Source of the DNA: Candidatus Polarisedimenticolia bacterium
GTDB taxonomy: Bacteria; Acidobacteriota; Polarisedimenticolia; JACPZX01; DASXTC01
Length of the DNA stretch: 64,000 nt
Reading direction: 5' to 3'
Assembly (NCBI GenBank): GCA_036505635.1
Contig: DASXTC010000038.1
Coordinates: 5,109-69,108 of the forward strand
A model generated the notes under the pieces. It saw only the letters and a list, made by a program, of their open reading frames with translations, had not been told where the DNA came from and did no database searches. Positions 19,705 to 28,003 of this stretch are shown here, in pieces. The position numbers and the translations under genes were made by a program. How positions within the stretch are numbered: the stretch's first letter is position 1; each line of letters opens with the position of its first letter.

Positions 19705-21380
19705 GCAAAGAAGGTCCGGCGAGCCGGATCGCGGCCGGCGCCCTGCTGGTCCTCTTCTTTCTGACGGTCACGATCGCCGTCTCCACCAAATCGGCCACCT
19801 ACGACGAGTCGGTGCACATCTTCTCCGGCTGGCGGATCCTCACGGCCGGAGACTTCGCGACCAACCACGAGCATCCTCCCCTGATGAAGGCGCTGGCCGC
19901 CATCCCCGTGGCGCTCTCGGGTGCGGCCCCGCCGAAGGCCGCGATGAGGCGCGAGGTCGACGAGTGGAACGTCTCCCACGATTTCGTTTATCACGCCAAC
20001 GACGGCGACAGGATGCTGGCAAGGACGCGCCTGCCGGTGGCTCTGCTGGCGACCCTCCTTGCCTGGGCCCTGTACCGCTACGCGGCCGCCGCGTTCGGGC
20101 CGGCAGCGGCGCTCGTGGCTCTGGCCCTGCTGGTGTCGGAGCCGAACATCCTGGCCCACTCCGGGCTCGTGACGACCGATCTGGGGATCACGGCGCTCAC
20201 GTTCTTCACCTTCGCGGCCTTCGTCACGTGGCTGCGCACGCGTGCGAGTGCCTGGCTCTATGGGACGGGCCTGCTCTTCGGGCTGGCGCTCCTGACCAAG
20301 TTCACGGCGATCCTGCTGGCGCCCATCCTGATCCTGACCGGAGCGATTCACGCATGGATGGAAGGGACGAAACGCCGGGGCGATCTGGCCCGCGCGCCCG
20401 CCGTCATCGGGCTGGTGGGGCTCTTCGTGCTGAACCTCGGGTATGGGTTCTCGGGGAGCTTCTCCTCGCTGCGCTCCTTCCCGCCGGAGAGCGAGACGTT
20501 TCGCGCGAGGGCAGCAGGGCCATTCGGAGGCCTCCCCCTACCGCTGCCGGTGGAGTACGTGCGCGGCTACGACCACGCGGAGGCGGGCGGGCAACTCTGG
20601 TGGGCCTATCTCTTCGGAGAGCACTCGCGCACCGGGTGGCGTCACTACTATCTGGCCGCGCTGGCCGTCAAGACCCCGCTGCCGCTCCTGGCGATGGCAC
20701 TGGCCGGGCTCCTTCTCTGTCCCCGGGCCGCCGGCTCACCGCGCCAGGGCGCGGCCGGGGCCGCGGCCATCCGGCCGGCCGACGCCCTGCTTCCCGTGGC
20801 GCCGATCCTCGTCTACCTGGCGGCGTTCACGTTGTCGGGCAACCTCAAGAACATCGGGTTGCGCTACATCCTGCCCCTTTATCCCTTCCTCTGTCTGATG
20901 GCCGCGCTCGCCGCGCGCGCCCTCTGGAGCCGGATCCGGGCGAGACGCGCGATCATCGCCCTCACGGCCTGGCAGCTCCTCGTCGCGGCATGGATGTATC
21001 CCGACTACCTGACCTTTTTCAACCTGACGGTGGGAGGACCCTCGCACGGCGCCGAGGTCCTGCTCGACTCGAACCTCGACTGGGGTCAGGATCTCAAGGG
21101 GCTGGGCCGCTACATCAAGGACCACCGGATCGAAAGGATCTACGTGGACTACTTCGGGCGCGCGTGCAAGAGATACTACGGCGTCACGAGCACGCCCGAC
21201 TTCACGGGGGGCTGGATCGCGGTGTCGGCAACGAACCTCAGGGGGGTCTACGCCGACGACAAGGAGCGTTACCGCTTCCTCTGGGACCTCACGCCCGCGG
21301 CGCGGATCGGCGGATCGATCTTCGTGTACGACGTGCCGAGGCCGGAGGGCTGGACGCCCAAATCCGTGGCGGGGGACTGA
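19701..21380 (+). CDS. GT-C fold membrane glycosyltransferase (family 39/PMT- or ArnT-like)
   Basis: 559 aa, polytopic. Conserved DE-containing first periplasmic loop (ATYDESVHIFSGWRIL). ATGA overlap with alaX stop. Confidence 0.7.
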   Translation: MSKEGPASRIAAGALLVLFFLTVTIAVSTKSATYDESVHIFSGWRILTAGDFATNHEHPPLMKALAAIPVALSGAAPPKAAMRREVDEWNVSHDFVYHANDGDRMLARTRLPVALLATLLAWALYRYAAAAFGPAAALVALALLVSEPNILAHSGLVTTDLGITALTFFTFAAFVTWLRTRASAWLYGTGLLFGLALLTKFTAILLAPILILTGAIHAWMEGTKRRGDLARAPAVIGLVGLFVLNLGYGFSGSFSSLRSFPPESETFRARAAGPFGGLPLPLPVEYVRGYDHAEAGGQLWWAYLFGEHSRTGWRHYYLAALAVKTPLPLLAMALAGLLLCPRAAGSPRQGAAGAAAIRPADALLPVAPILVYLAAFTLSGNLKNIGLRYILPLYPFLCLMAALAARALWSRIRARRAIIALTAWQLLVAAWMYPDYLTFFNLTVGGPSHGAEVLLDSNLDWGQDLKGLGRYIKDHRIERIYVDYFGRACKRYYGVTSTPDFTGGWIAVSATNLRGVYADDKERYRFLWDLTPAARIGGSIFVYDVPRPEGWTPKSVAGD

Positions 21381-23063
21381 ATGGAGCAGAAGGGGCGGGT
21401 CGGCCGGAGCCGGGCCATCTGGATCGTGCTGGCCGCGGCGGCGGCGCTGCGCGTCATCTACCTCTTCGACTATCGCGCCCACTCCGTCTTCTGGGACAAG
21501 ATGCTCCTGGACGCGGAGCTCTACGACAACTGGGCCGTCCGGATCGCCGCCGGCGATTGGCTTTCGGGCACCGAGGTCTTCACGCTGCCGCCCCTCTACC
21601 CTTACTTCCTCGCGGTCCTCTACAGGATGTTCGGCCACGGCTATTCCGTCGTCTACGTCATCCAGTCCTGCCTGGGTCTGGCCAACATCTATCTCATCTA
21701 CGCCATCGGCCGGAAGGTGTTCGCCGGCAGGGCCCCTCTGATCGCCGCCGCCATGGCGACTCTGTACGGCTCGTTCATGTTCATGGAATCCAAGCTCATG
21801 AGCACGACACTCGCCCTGACGCTGGGGCTCTGTCTGATGCGGATGCTCTTGTGGGCGGGCGAGGCCCAGACGTTGACGCTGTGGGGGGCCTGTGGCGCGA
21901 TGCTGGGGCTGACGGCCCTGGCGAGGCCCGAGACGCTGGTCTTCGTGCCGTTCGCCGCGTGGTGGATCCATCGGGTGACGCGCAGGGGCGCCGCGCGCAA
22001 GCCGGCCGCGGCCATCGATCAGTATTTGCTGGCCGGCCGGCAACCCTGGTTCGCGATCTGCGCCTTCGCCTGCTTCGTGGTCATCGCGGTGTCCCCCGTG
22101 ACGATGCGCAACTGGGTGGTGTCCGATGACTGGAGCCTCTCGAACCTCATCTCGTCACAGGCGGGCATCACCTTCCATCAGTCCAACAACGAAAAGGCGG
22201 TCGGCCTCTACGTCTTCCTCCAGCACGAGGGATTCTCCGGGAGTCCGGCCTCGCAGGCCGAGGAAGAGAAGGCGCTCGCCGAGAAGGCGACCGGGCTTCC
22301 GATGAAGCGCTCGGAGGTGACGCGATACTGGATGGGAAGGGGACTCTCGTGGATCGTGGCCAACCCGACCAGGTTCGTGGCGCTGGAGTTCTGGAAGCTG
22401 GTGCGGTTCCTGGGATCGTACGAGTACAGCACCGAGTACATCATCTACGTGGAGCGCGAGTCGGTGAAGAGCCTGTGGCTGACCTGTCTGCCGTTCGCCG
22501 CCTTCACGGCGCTGGGACTGGCCGGCATCGCGATGCAGCGCAGGGAAGGTTTCCGCGCCCCGTCGCTGCTGCTCCTCCTGTTCGTGGTCTCGAACCTCCT
22601 CGTCGTGATGATGTTCTACGTCTCCTCGCGCTACCGGATGCCCTCGGCCCCCTACTTGATCCTGTTCGCGGCCTCCGCGGTCGAGAGGATGTGGAACGGA
22701 TACAGGTCCAGGATCGGCGCGGCCAGGACCGAGGCCTGGATCTACGCGGGCATCGCCGCCACGATCTTCGCCGTCTTTCATCCCCAGGTCGACGCGAGCA
22801 GTCGGATCCAGGAAGCCAACACCCATTACAACTCGGGCAACCAGTACTTCGAGAAGAAGCGGTACGAGGATGCGATCAAGGAGTACGACCGATCGCTCGT
22901 GGACTACCGCACCAACTGGCGCGCCTGGTACAACCGGGGCAACGCGCTCCTGGCGGTGGGGCGCAAGCCCGAGGCGATCGAGTCGTTCCGCCAGGCCCTC
23001 AAGCACAACAAGAACATGGCGGCGGCGCGGCGGCAGATCGAATCGCTGGGCGGGACTCCCTGA
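21381..23063 (+). CDS. GT-C fold membrane glycosyltransferase with C-terminal TPR repeats (TMTC-like architecture)
   Basis: 560 aa. About 10 TM helices, then TPRs (NSGNQYFEKKRYEDAIKEYDRSL...[29 protein letters not shown]). Starts 1 nt after the previous stop. Confidence 0.7.
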   Translation: MEQKGRVGRSRAIWIVLAAAAALRVIYLFDYRAHSVFWDKMLLDAELYDNWAVRIAAGDWLSGTEVFTLPPLYPYFLAVLYRMFGHGYSVVYVIQSCLGLANIYLIYAIGRKVFAGRAPLIAAAMATLYGSFMFMESKLMSTTLALTLGLCLMRMLLWAGEAQTLTLWGACGAMLGLTALARPETLVFVPFAAWWIHRVTRRGAARKPAAAIDQYLLAGRQPWFAICAFACFVVIAVSPVTMRNWVVSDDWSLSNLISSQAGITFHQSNNEKAVGLYVFLQHEGFSGSPASQAEEEKALAEKATGLPMKRSEVTRYWMGRGLSWIVANPTRFVALEFWKLVRFLGSYEYSTEYIIYVERESVKSLWLTCLPFAAFTALGLAGIAMQRREGFRAPSLLLLLFVVSNLLVVMMFYVSSRYRMPSAPYLILFAASAVERMWNGYRSRIGAARTEAWIYAGIAATIFAVFHPQVDASSRIQEANTHYNSGNQYFEKKRYEDAIKEYDRSLVDYRTNWRAWYNRGNALLAVGRKPEAIESFRQALKHNKNMAAARRQIESLGGTP

Positions 23064-24435
23064 AGAGGACCACGCAGCCGCCCCGTTCGGCGACCACCAC
23101 GAACCCATCGAGACGGCCGGGCCTCATCCGATCGAGGCGAGGCCGCGTCATCACGATCGCGACGGCCTCCCCCTCCGGCGTGCCGGCCAGCAGGCCGCGC
23201 AGCTCCTCGCCGCTCGTCACCCACACGGCACGGCGTCCCGCGTAGTAGACCAGGCTCGGCTTGTAGAGCCGGTACGACAGGAGCGTGAAGTCGCCGCGCC
23301 CCCCCGCCGGATCGAGACGGCCCGCGAGAACGAGGTCCTTCGTGCTGCGGGCGCGCGAGAGAGGGCCGGTGGCCGACAGCAGGGCCGCCACCAGCAGGAT
23401 CGCCATCGCGCCGGCCGTCCAGAGAACGATGCGGCGCGGCACGTGGCGCGCCACCATGAGCGCGAGAGCGGGGGCGGCGGGGAGCAGGTAGGCGTCGTTC
23501 TTGTCCGCCATCATGGTGAAGAACAGGATCACGCAGGCGAGCCAGCAGGCCAGGAAGAGGCCCACGAGGTCCGCCTCGCGCCGGGAGCGCCAGGCGGCGA
23601 CGAAGGCGAGGGGCGCGGCGAGCGACCACGGAAAAAAGGTCGGCCAGAACGAAACCAGAAAGTAATGAAACGGTCTGGGGTGATCGAGCCCCCGGACGGC
23701 CCGCTCGATCCCCTCGCGACCGATGAGATCGAGGGTCCCCTCCCATCCGATCCGACCCGAGAGCCCCGCGAGCCATGGGCCGGCGACGAGGAGGCTCCCC
23801 GCAAGGGCCATGGCGGCGCCCCGTGCGGTCACGAGGCGGGAGCGGCGCGCCACCGTGGCCGTGGCGATGATGACGGCCGCCGGCAGGAGCGCGCCGACGG
23901 GCCCCTTCGTGAGGGCGGCCAGCCCGCACGCCAGCGACGCGGCCATCGAGAGACGGCGTCGGGCCCCCGGCTCCTTCGCGGTCACCGCCTCGTGCCAGAT
24001 CAGGAGCGTCGCCCCGATCCAGAGCGCCAGCATCATGTCGGTGATGGCCAGCCGCGCGCAGGCGAAGAACAGAGGGATCGTGGCGAGTGAAGCGACCGCC
24101 AGGACCGAGGCCTGCGCGCCGATCCGGCGGCTCGCCCACCAGGCGATGAGCCCGGCGAGCGCCACCGCTGAGAGAAGGGAGGGCAGACGCGCGGCCCACT
24201 CGCTTTCGCCGAGCACGAGGTAGGACGCCGCCTGGGCCCAGTAGATGAGCGGCGGCTTGTTGAGGCGGGGCTCCCCGTTGAAGCGCGGCACGATCGGGTC
24301 GCCCGATGAGACCATCTCGGGGGCCGCCGCCGCGTAGCGCCCCTCGTCCGGATCCAGAAGCGCGACGCCCCCCAGGCGGAACGACAGGAGCGCGACGGCG
24401 AGGGCGAGGATCGCCCAGAGCGAGCGGGACGACAT
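22999..24435 (-). CDS. ArnT-like glycosyltransferase family 39 protein (undecaprenyl-phosphate sugar transferase-like)
   Basis: ORF 22999..24750. Preferred start ATG 24435 ([19 protein letters not shown]). [34 protein letters not shown] is the ArnT/PMT signature loop. Its 3' end overlaps the convergent upstream gene by 65 bp. Confidence 0.8.
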   Translation of the reverse strand: MSSRSLWAILALAVALLSFRLGGVALLDPDEGRYAAAAPEMVSSGDPIVPRFNGEPRLNKPPLIYWAQAASYLVLGESEWAARLPSLLSAVALAGLIAWWASRRIGAQASVLAVASLATIPLFFACARLAITDMMLALWIGATLLIWHEAVTAKEPGARRRLSMAASLACGLAALTKGPVGALLPAAVIIATATVARRSRLVTARGAAMALAGSLLVAGPWLAGLSGRIGWEGTLDLIGREGIERAVRGLDHPRPFHYFLVSFWPTFFPWSLAAPLAFVAAWRSRREADLVGLFLACWLACVILFFTMMADKNDAYLLPAAPALALMVARHVPRRIVLWTAGAMAILLVAALLSATGPLSRARSTKDLVLAGRLDPAGGRGDFTLLSYRLYKPSLVYYAGRRAVWVTSGEELRGLLAGTPEGEAVAIVMTRPRLDRMRPGRLDGFVVVAERGGCVVLFRESRPAIRSAAAPPPCSCCA

Positions 24436-24474
24436 GGCGCGCAGGATACTCCGCCGCGCTATCCTGTGTGCGCC

Positions 24475-25494
24475 ATGAGAGCCTGCGTCGTCGCACGCAT
24501 CGGCCCGATCGCGAGCCACCCGCTCGAGCTGAAGGAGGTGCCGGCACCGGCCCCGGGGCCCGGCGAGGTCCTCGTCATGGTCAAGGCGTGCGGCATCTGC
24601 CGGACCGACCTTCACGTCGTGGAAGGGGATCTGCCGGTGCGCCGCCCCGGCGTCATCCCGGGCCATCAGGCGGTCGGCGAGGTGGAGGCCCTCGGCGAGG
24701 GGGTGAGCGAGCTCGCCCCGGGCGACCGCGTGGGGATCGCGTGGCTCCACGGCACGTGCGGCGCCTGCCGTTTCTGCCTCTCACGGCGCGAGAACCTGTG
24801 CGAGCGCTCCGAGTTCACCGGATGGACGGTGGATGGCGGCTTCGCACGGTACGCCGTGGCCTCCGCCTCCTTCGTGTACAGGATCCCGGTGGGATTCGAC
24901 GACCTGCAGGCCGCGCCGCTCCTCTGCGCCGGGATCATCGGGTACCGCGCGTTGCGCCTGACGGGCCTCGAGGAGCGGGACGCCTGGCCGGGCGCGCGTC
25001 TCGGCATCTACGGCTTCGGCGCGGCGGGGCACGTCGCGATCCAGGTGGCCCGCGCGCGCGGCGCGGAGGTCTACGTCTGCACGCGCGACCGCGAGAGGCA
25101 CCAGAAGCTTGCCGCCGAGCTGGGGGCCGTCTGGGTCGGTGGCGCCGCCGACCCACCTCCCGTCCCTCTCGACGCGGCCGTCATCTTCGCTCCGGCCGGC
25201 GAGCTGGTCCCCCTGGCCCTCCGAGCGCTCGACCGCGGAGGCGCTCTCGTGCTGGGGGGAATTCACATGAGCTCGATCCCCTCCTTCGACTACTCGCTCA
25301 TGTACGGGGAGCGGCACATCCGAAGCGTCGCCAACAACACGCGCGAGGACGGCCGCCGATTTCTCGAGGAGGCGGCCCGCATCCCGGTGCGCACGCACGT
25401 GCAGAGCTTCCCCATCGAGGAGGCCAACGAGGCCCTTATCGCGCTCAAGCAGGACGCGATCCGCGGGGCGGGGGTCCTCACCATCGGACCCTGA
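24475..25494 (+). CDS. zinc-dependent alcohol dehydrogenase (MDR superfamily)
   Basis: ORF from 24466 (GTG) or 24475 (ATG, MRACVV...). GHQAVGEV, catalytic Zn Cys (CGICRTDLH), structural Zn CxxCxxC...C ([17 protein letters not shown]), Rossmann IYGFGAAGH. Confidence 0.85.
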   Translation: MRACVVARIGPIASHPLELKEVPAPAPGPGEVLVMVKACGICRTDLHVVEGDLPVRRPGVIPGHQAVGEVEALGEGVSELAPGDRVGIAWLHGTCGACRFCLSRRENLCERSEFTGWTVDGGFARYAVASASFVYRIPVGFDDLQAAPLLCAGIIGYRALRLTGLEERDAWPGARLGIYGFGAAGHVAIQVARARGAEVYVCTRDRERHQKLAAELGAVWVGGAADPPPVPLDAAVIFAPAGELVPLALRALDRGGALVLGGIHMSSIPSFDYSLMYGERHIRSVANNTREDGRRFLEEAARIPVRTHVQSFPIEEANEALIALKQDAIRGAGVLTIGP

Positions 25495-25538
25495 AAAGGG
25501 CGGTCCCGCGAGCCCCTGTTCGTGTAGGATCGGTGGTC

Positions 25539-27998
25539 ATGAAGCGAATCCCCCATCTGGCCACGGGGGCCCTGCTCCGCCGGGCAACCCTTGCCGCCGC
25601 TCTGCATTCGGCCGCGCTCCTTTCCGCGCCGGCCGCCGCGCCCGCCGACCAGTGGTACGCGCACTACCAGAAGGGAGAGTCGGCCCTCAACGATCAGTAC
25701 TGGGCGCAGGCGATCGAGGAGCTGACCCAGGCGATCGAGCTGCGAGGCGATCCGGGCGTCGGTCTGAGGGCCAATGGGATCGATTCCATCAACTACCTGC
25801 CTTACCTGAAGCTTGGGATCGCTTACTTCAACGTGGGCCAGTACGACGCCGCCCTGAGGGCCTTCGAATCGGAGGAAAGGGCCGCGGCGATCCAGAAGTC
25901 CCCCACAGACCATCAGAACCTCCAGACCTTCCGGGGCCTCGCGCAGGACGCGCTGGCCGCAATCGTGACCGACAGCCTGCAGCAGGCGCAGGAGCTGGAG
26001 CGCAAAGGGCAGATTGACAAGGCGCTCGAGGCCCTCGAACGCGGCCTCGCCGTCGCCCGCCAGGACAGCGAGGTGCTTTCCAGGATGCGCCGGCTCAGAC
26101 AGCTTCTCGAGGCGCAGAAGAAGGAGTGGATCCTCGAGAACAGCATCCGCAGGATGATGGGCGAGGGGCGCAGACTGATCGGCGAGCGTGAGTACGCCAG
26201 GGCTTCTGCGCTGCTCAGGCAGGCGCTCATGCTGAAGCCGAGCATGCAGGCGAGAGATCTGCTGGAGCACTCCCAGCAGGCGCTGCAGGAGGAGCTCACC
26301 GGGAAACTCGACGAGGATGGGCGTCGCGCCCTCATCAAGGACTCCCTGGCCGAGGCGGCCAGGCTGGATTCGAGCGGCCGCCTGGCCGAGGCGATCGAGA
26401 AGCTCCAGTCGGTCCTGGCTCTCGACGCGAGAAACTCGCAGGCGATGCAGATGCAATTCAGGATCGTCCAGGCGCAGGTCCAGGACCAGAACACCAAGGC
26501 TCTGGCGCAGGAGGCGTCGCGGCTGGTGAACGAGGGGGTGGACCATCTCAACAACGGGATGTACCAGGAGGCGATCGCCGCCATCAGCAGGGCGCTGACG
26601 CTGGATCCCGGCAACGCGACGGCCCGGAACCTGTTGTGGCGGGCCTTCTCGGCGCGCAATCTGGCCGTCGGGGTGCAGACGAGGCCCCCGGCGGCGCCGA
26701 AGCTCCCCCCCACAATCATTTTCCTGGGCACGGCCGGCGGCACCGGCGATCCGGGGTCGGGAGTCGAGCAGGAGATCTCCTCGCCCGATTTCTCCCTGAA
26801 GGGGATCGTGGTTTCGGATCAACCGCGGATCGACCTCTCCTTCACGCGGACCCGCGATGAACCCGAGGGGGGCGCCGTCCCCGTAGAGGTGGTCGTGGCC
26901 TCGAAGGCCGGGCTGGCTGGCGAGCAGGCAGGGAACCTCTATCGGTTTCGATTTGATCAGCCCTCCACGGTTCCGGAAGGAGTGACGCGCTTCAAGGTGA
27001 CGGCGGTCGATCCGCGGGGGCTCGCCTCCGAGGCGTCGTTCCACGTGAGATACGTGCGCCCGCTGAGCCGCTCCCCCTGGTTCTATCCGGCGCTCGGGCT
27101 GCTCGCGGCCGCCGCGCTCGGGGGCGTGCAGATGTACCGAACCCGGCGCAGGAACCTTCTGAGGAGACGCCGATTCAATCCGTACGTCGCCGGCGCGCCG
27201 GTGCTCGACAACGACCTGTTTCTGGGCCGCGACGCGCTGCTGTCGAGGATCCTCGAAAGCGTCCACAACAACAGCATCCTCCTGTTCGGGGAGCGCCGGA
27301 TCGGCAAGACAAGCCTCCAGCATCACCTCAGGAAGCGCCTCCAGAACATTCAGGACCCGGTCTACGAATTCCACCCCGTCTACATCGACCTGGAGGGGAC
27401 TCCCGAGGACCGCTTCTTCGCCCGGCTGGCTCAGGACATCTTCGACGAGCTGTCGCCGATGCTGGACGGCGCGCGTCCCGGGCAGGGGATGCCGGAAGGG
27501 GCCGAGTACACCTACCAGACGTTCGTGCGCGACGTGCACCTCGTGCTCAAGATCCTCAAGAAGCGCAGCGCGAAGAGGGTGAAGCTGATCCTGCTCATCG
27601 ACGAGGTGGACGAGCTGAACAACTATGACCCGCGCATCAACCAGCGGCTGCGCAGCCTCTTCATGAAGAGCTTCGCCGAGGATCTGGTCGCGGTGGTGTC
27701 GGGCGTGGGGATCAGCAAGCACTGGGCCAGCGAGGGGAGTCCCTGGTACAACTTCTTCGAGGAGATCGAGGTCAAGGCGTTCACCCGCGAGGACGCGGCC
27801 GATCTGATCCAGCGTCCCATACGCGGGGTCTTCAAGCTGAACGAGGGGGTCGTGGACCGGATCATCGAGCACACGGACTGCAAGCCGTACCTGATTCAGA
27901 AGCTGTGCGTGTCCCTTGTGAACCGGATGTACGTCGAGGGTCGCCGCAGGATCACCGTGGCGGACGTCGACGCCATCGGTCGTCCGGCGGAAGGGTAG
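25539..27998 (+). CDS. membrane receptor-like protein: periplasmic TPR/coiled-coil + Ig-like domain, single TM helix, cytoplasmic archaeal-type (PF01637-like) P-loop ATPase
   Basis: In-frame part of ORF 24306..27998 from ATG 25539 (MKRIPHLATGALLRRATLAAALHSAALLSAPAAAP signal peptide). TPR and long coiled coils to about 26650, then a beta-rich segment and TM helix WFYPALGLLAAAALGGVQMY followed by RRRR. Cytoplasmic NPYVAGAPVLDNDLFLGRDALL...LLFGERRIGKTSL (Walker A) and KLILLIDEVDEL (Walker B). Confidence 0.7.
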   Translation: MKRIPHLATGALLRRATLAAALHSAALLSAPAAAPADQWYAHYQKGESALNDQYWAQAIEELTQAIELRGDPGVGLRANGIDSINYLPYLKLGIAYFNVGQYDAALRAFESEERAAAIQKSPTDHQNLQTFRGLAQDALAAIVTDSLQQAQELERKGQIDKALEALERGLAVARQDSEVLSRMRRLRQLLEAQKKEWILENSIRRMMGEGRRLIGEREYARASALLRQALMLKPSMQARDLLEHSQQALQEELTGKLDEDGRRALIKDSLAEAARLDSSGRLAEAIEKLQSVLALDARNSQAMQMQFRIVQAQVQDQNTKALAQEASRLVNEGVDHLNNGMYQEAIAAISRALTLDPGNATARNLLWRAFSARNLAVGVQTRPPAAPKLPPTIIFLGTAGGTGDPGSGVEQEISSPDFSLKGIVVSDQPRIDLSFTRTRDEPEGGAVPVEVVVASKAGLAGEQAGNLYRFRFDQPSTVPEGVTRFKVTAVDPRGLASEASFHVRYVRPLSRSPWFYPALGLLAAAALGGVQMYRTRRRNLLRRRRFNPYVAGAPVLDNDLFLGRDALLSRILESVHNNSILLFGERRIGKTSLQHHLRKRLQNIQDPVYEFHPVYIDLEGTPEDRFFARLAQDIFDELSPMLDGARPGQGMPEGAEYTYQTFVRDVHLVLKILKKRSAKRVKLILLIDEVDELNNYDPRINQRLRSLFMKSFAEDLVAVVSGVGISKHWASEGSPWYNFFEEIEVKAFTREDAADLIQRPIRGVFKLNEGVVDRIIEHTDCKPYLIQKLCVSLVNRMYVEGRRRITVADVDAIGRPAEG

Positions 27999-28003
27999 AG
28001 CCG

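Noticed and set aside
19275-22129. Several very long overlapping ORFs (19275-20351 -, 19571-22129 +, 20736-22043 -, 22155-23108 -, 22349-23245 +) across the glycosyltransferase cluster
   Set aside because: All are Arg/Gly/Pro/Asp-rich alternative-frame artefacts; the annotated frames give hydrophobic polytopic GT-C proteins with known signature loops.
22870-24547. ORFs 22870-24090 (+) and 22904-24547 (-) over the ArnT-like gene
   Set aside because: Alternative frames of a high-GC gene; no motifs; the ArnT frame contains the diagnostic [10 protein letters not shown]...NKPPLIYW loop.
24306-25538. 5' 410 codons of the 1230-aa ORF 24306-27998, overlapping the ADH gene
   Set aside because: That stretch is a Pro/Arg/Gly-rich open frame with no start context, overlapping a convincing Zn-ADH in another frame; the real gene begins at the signal-peptide ATG 25539.
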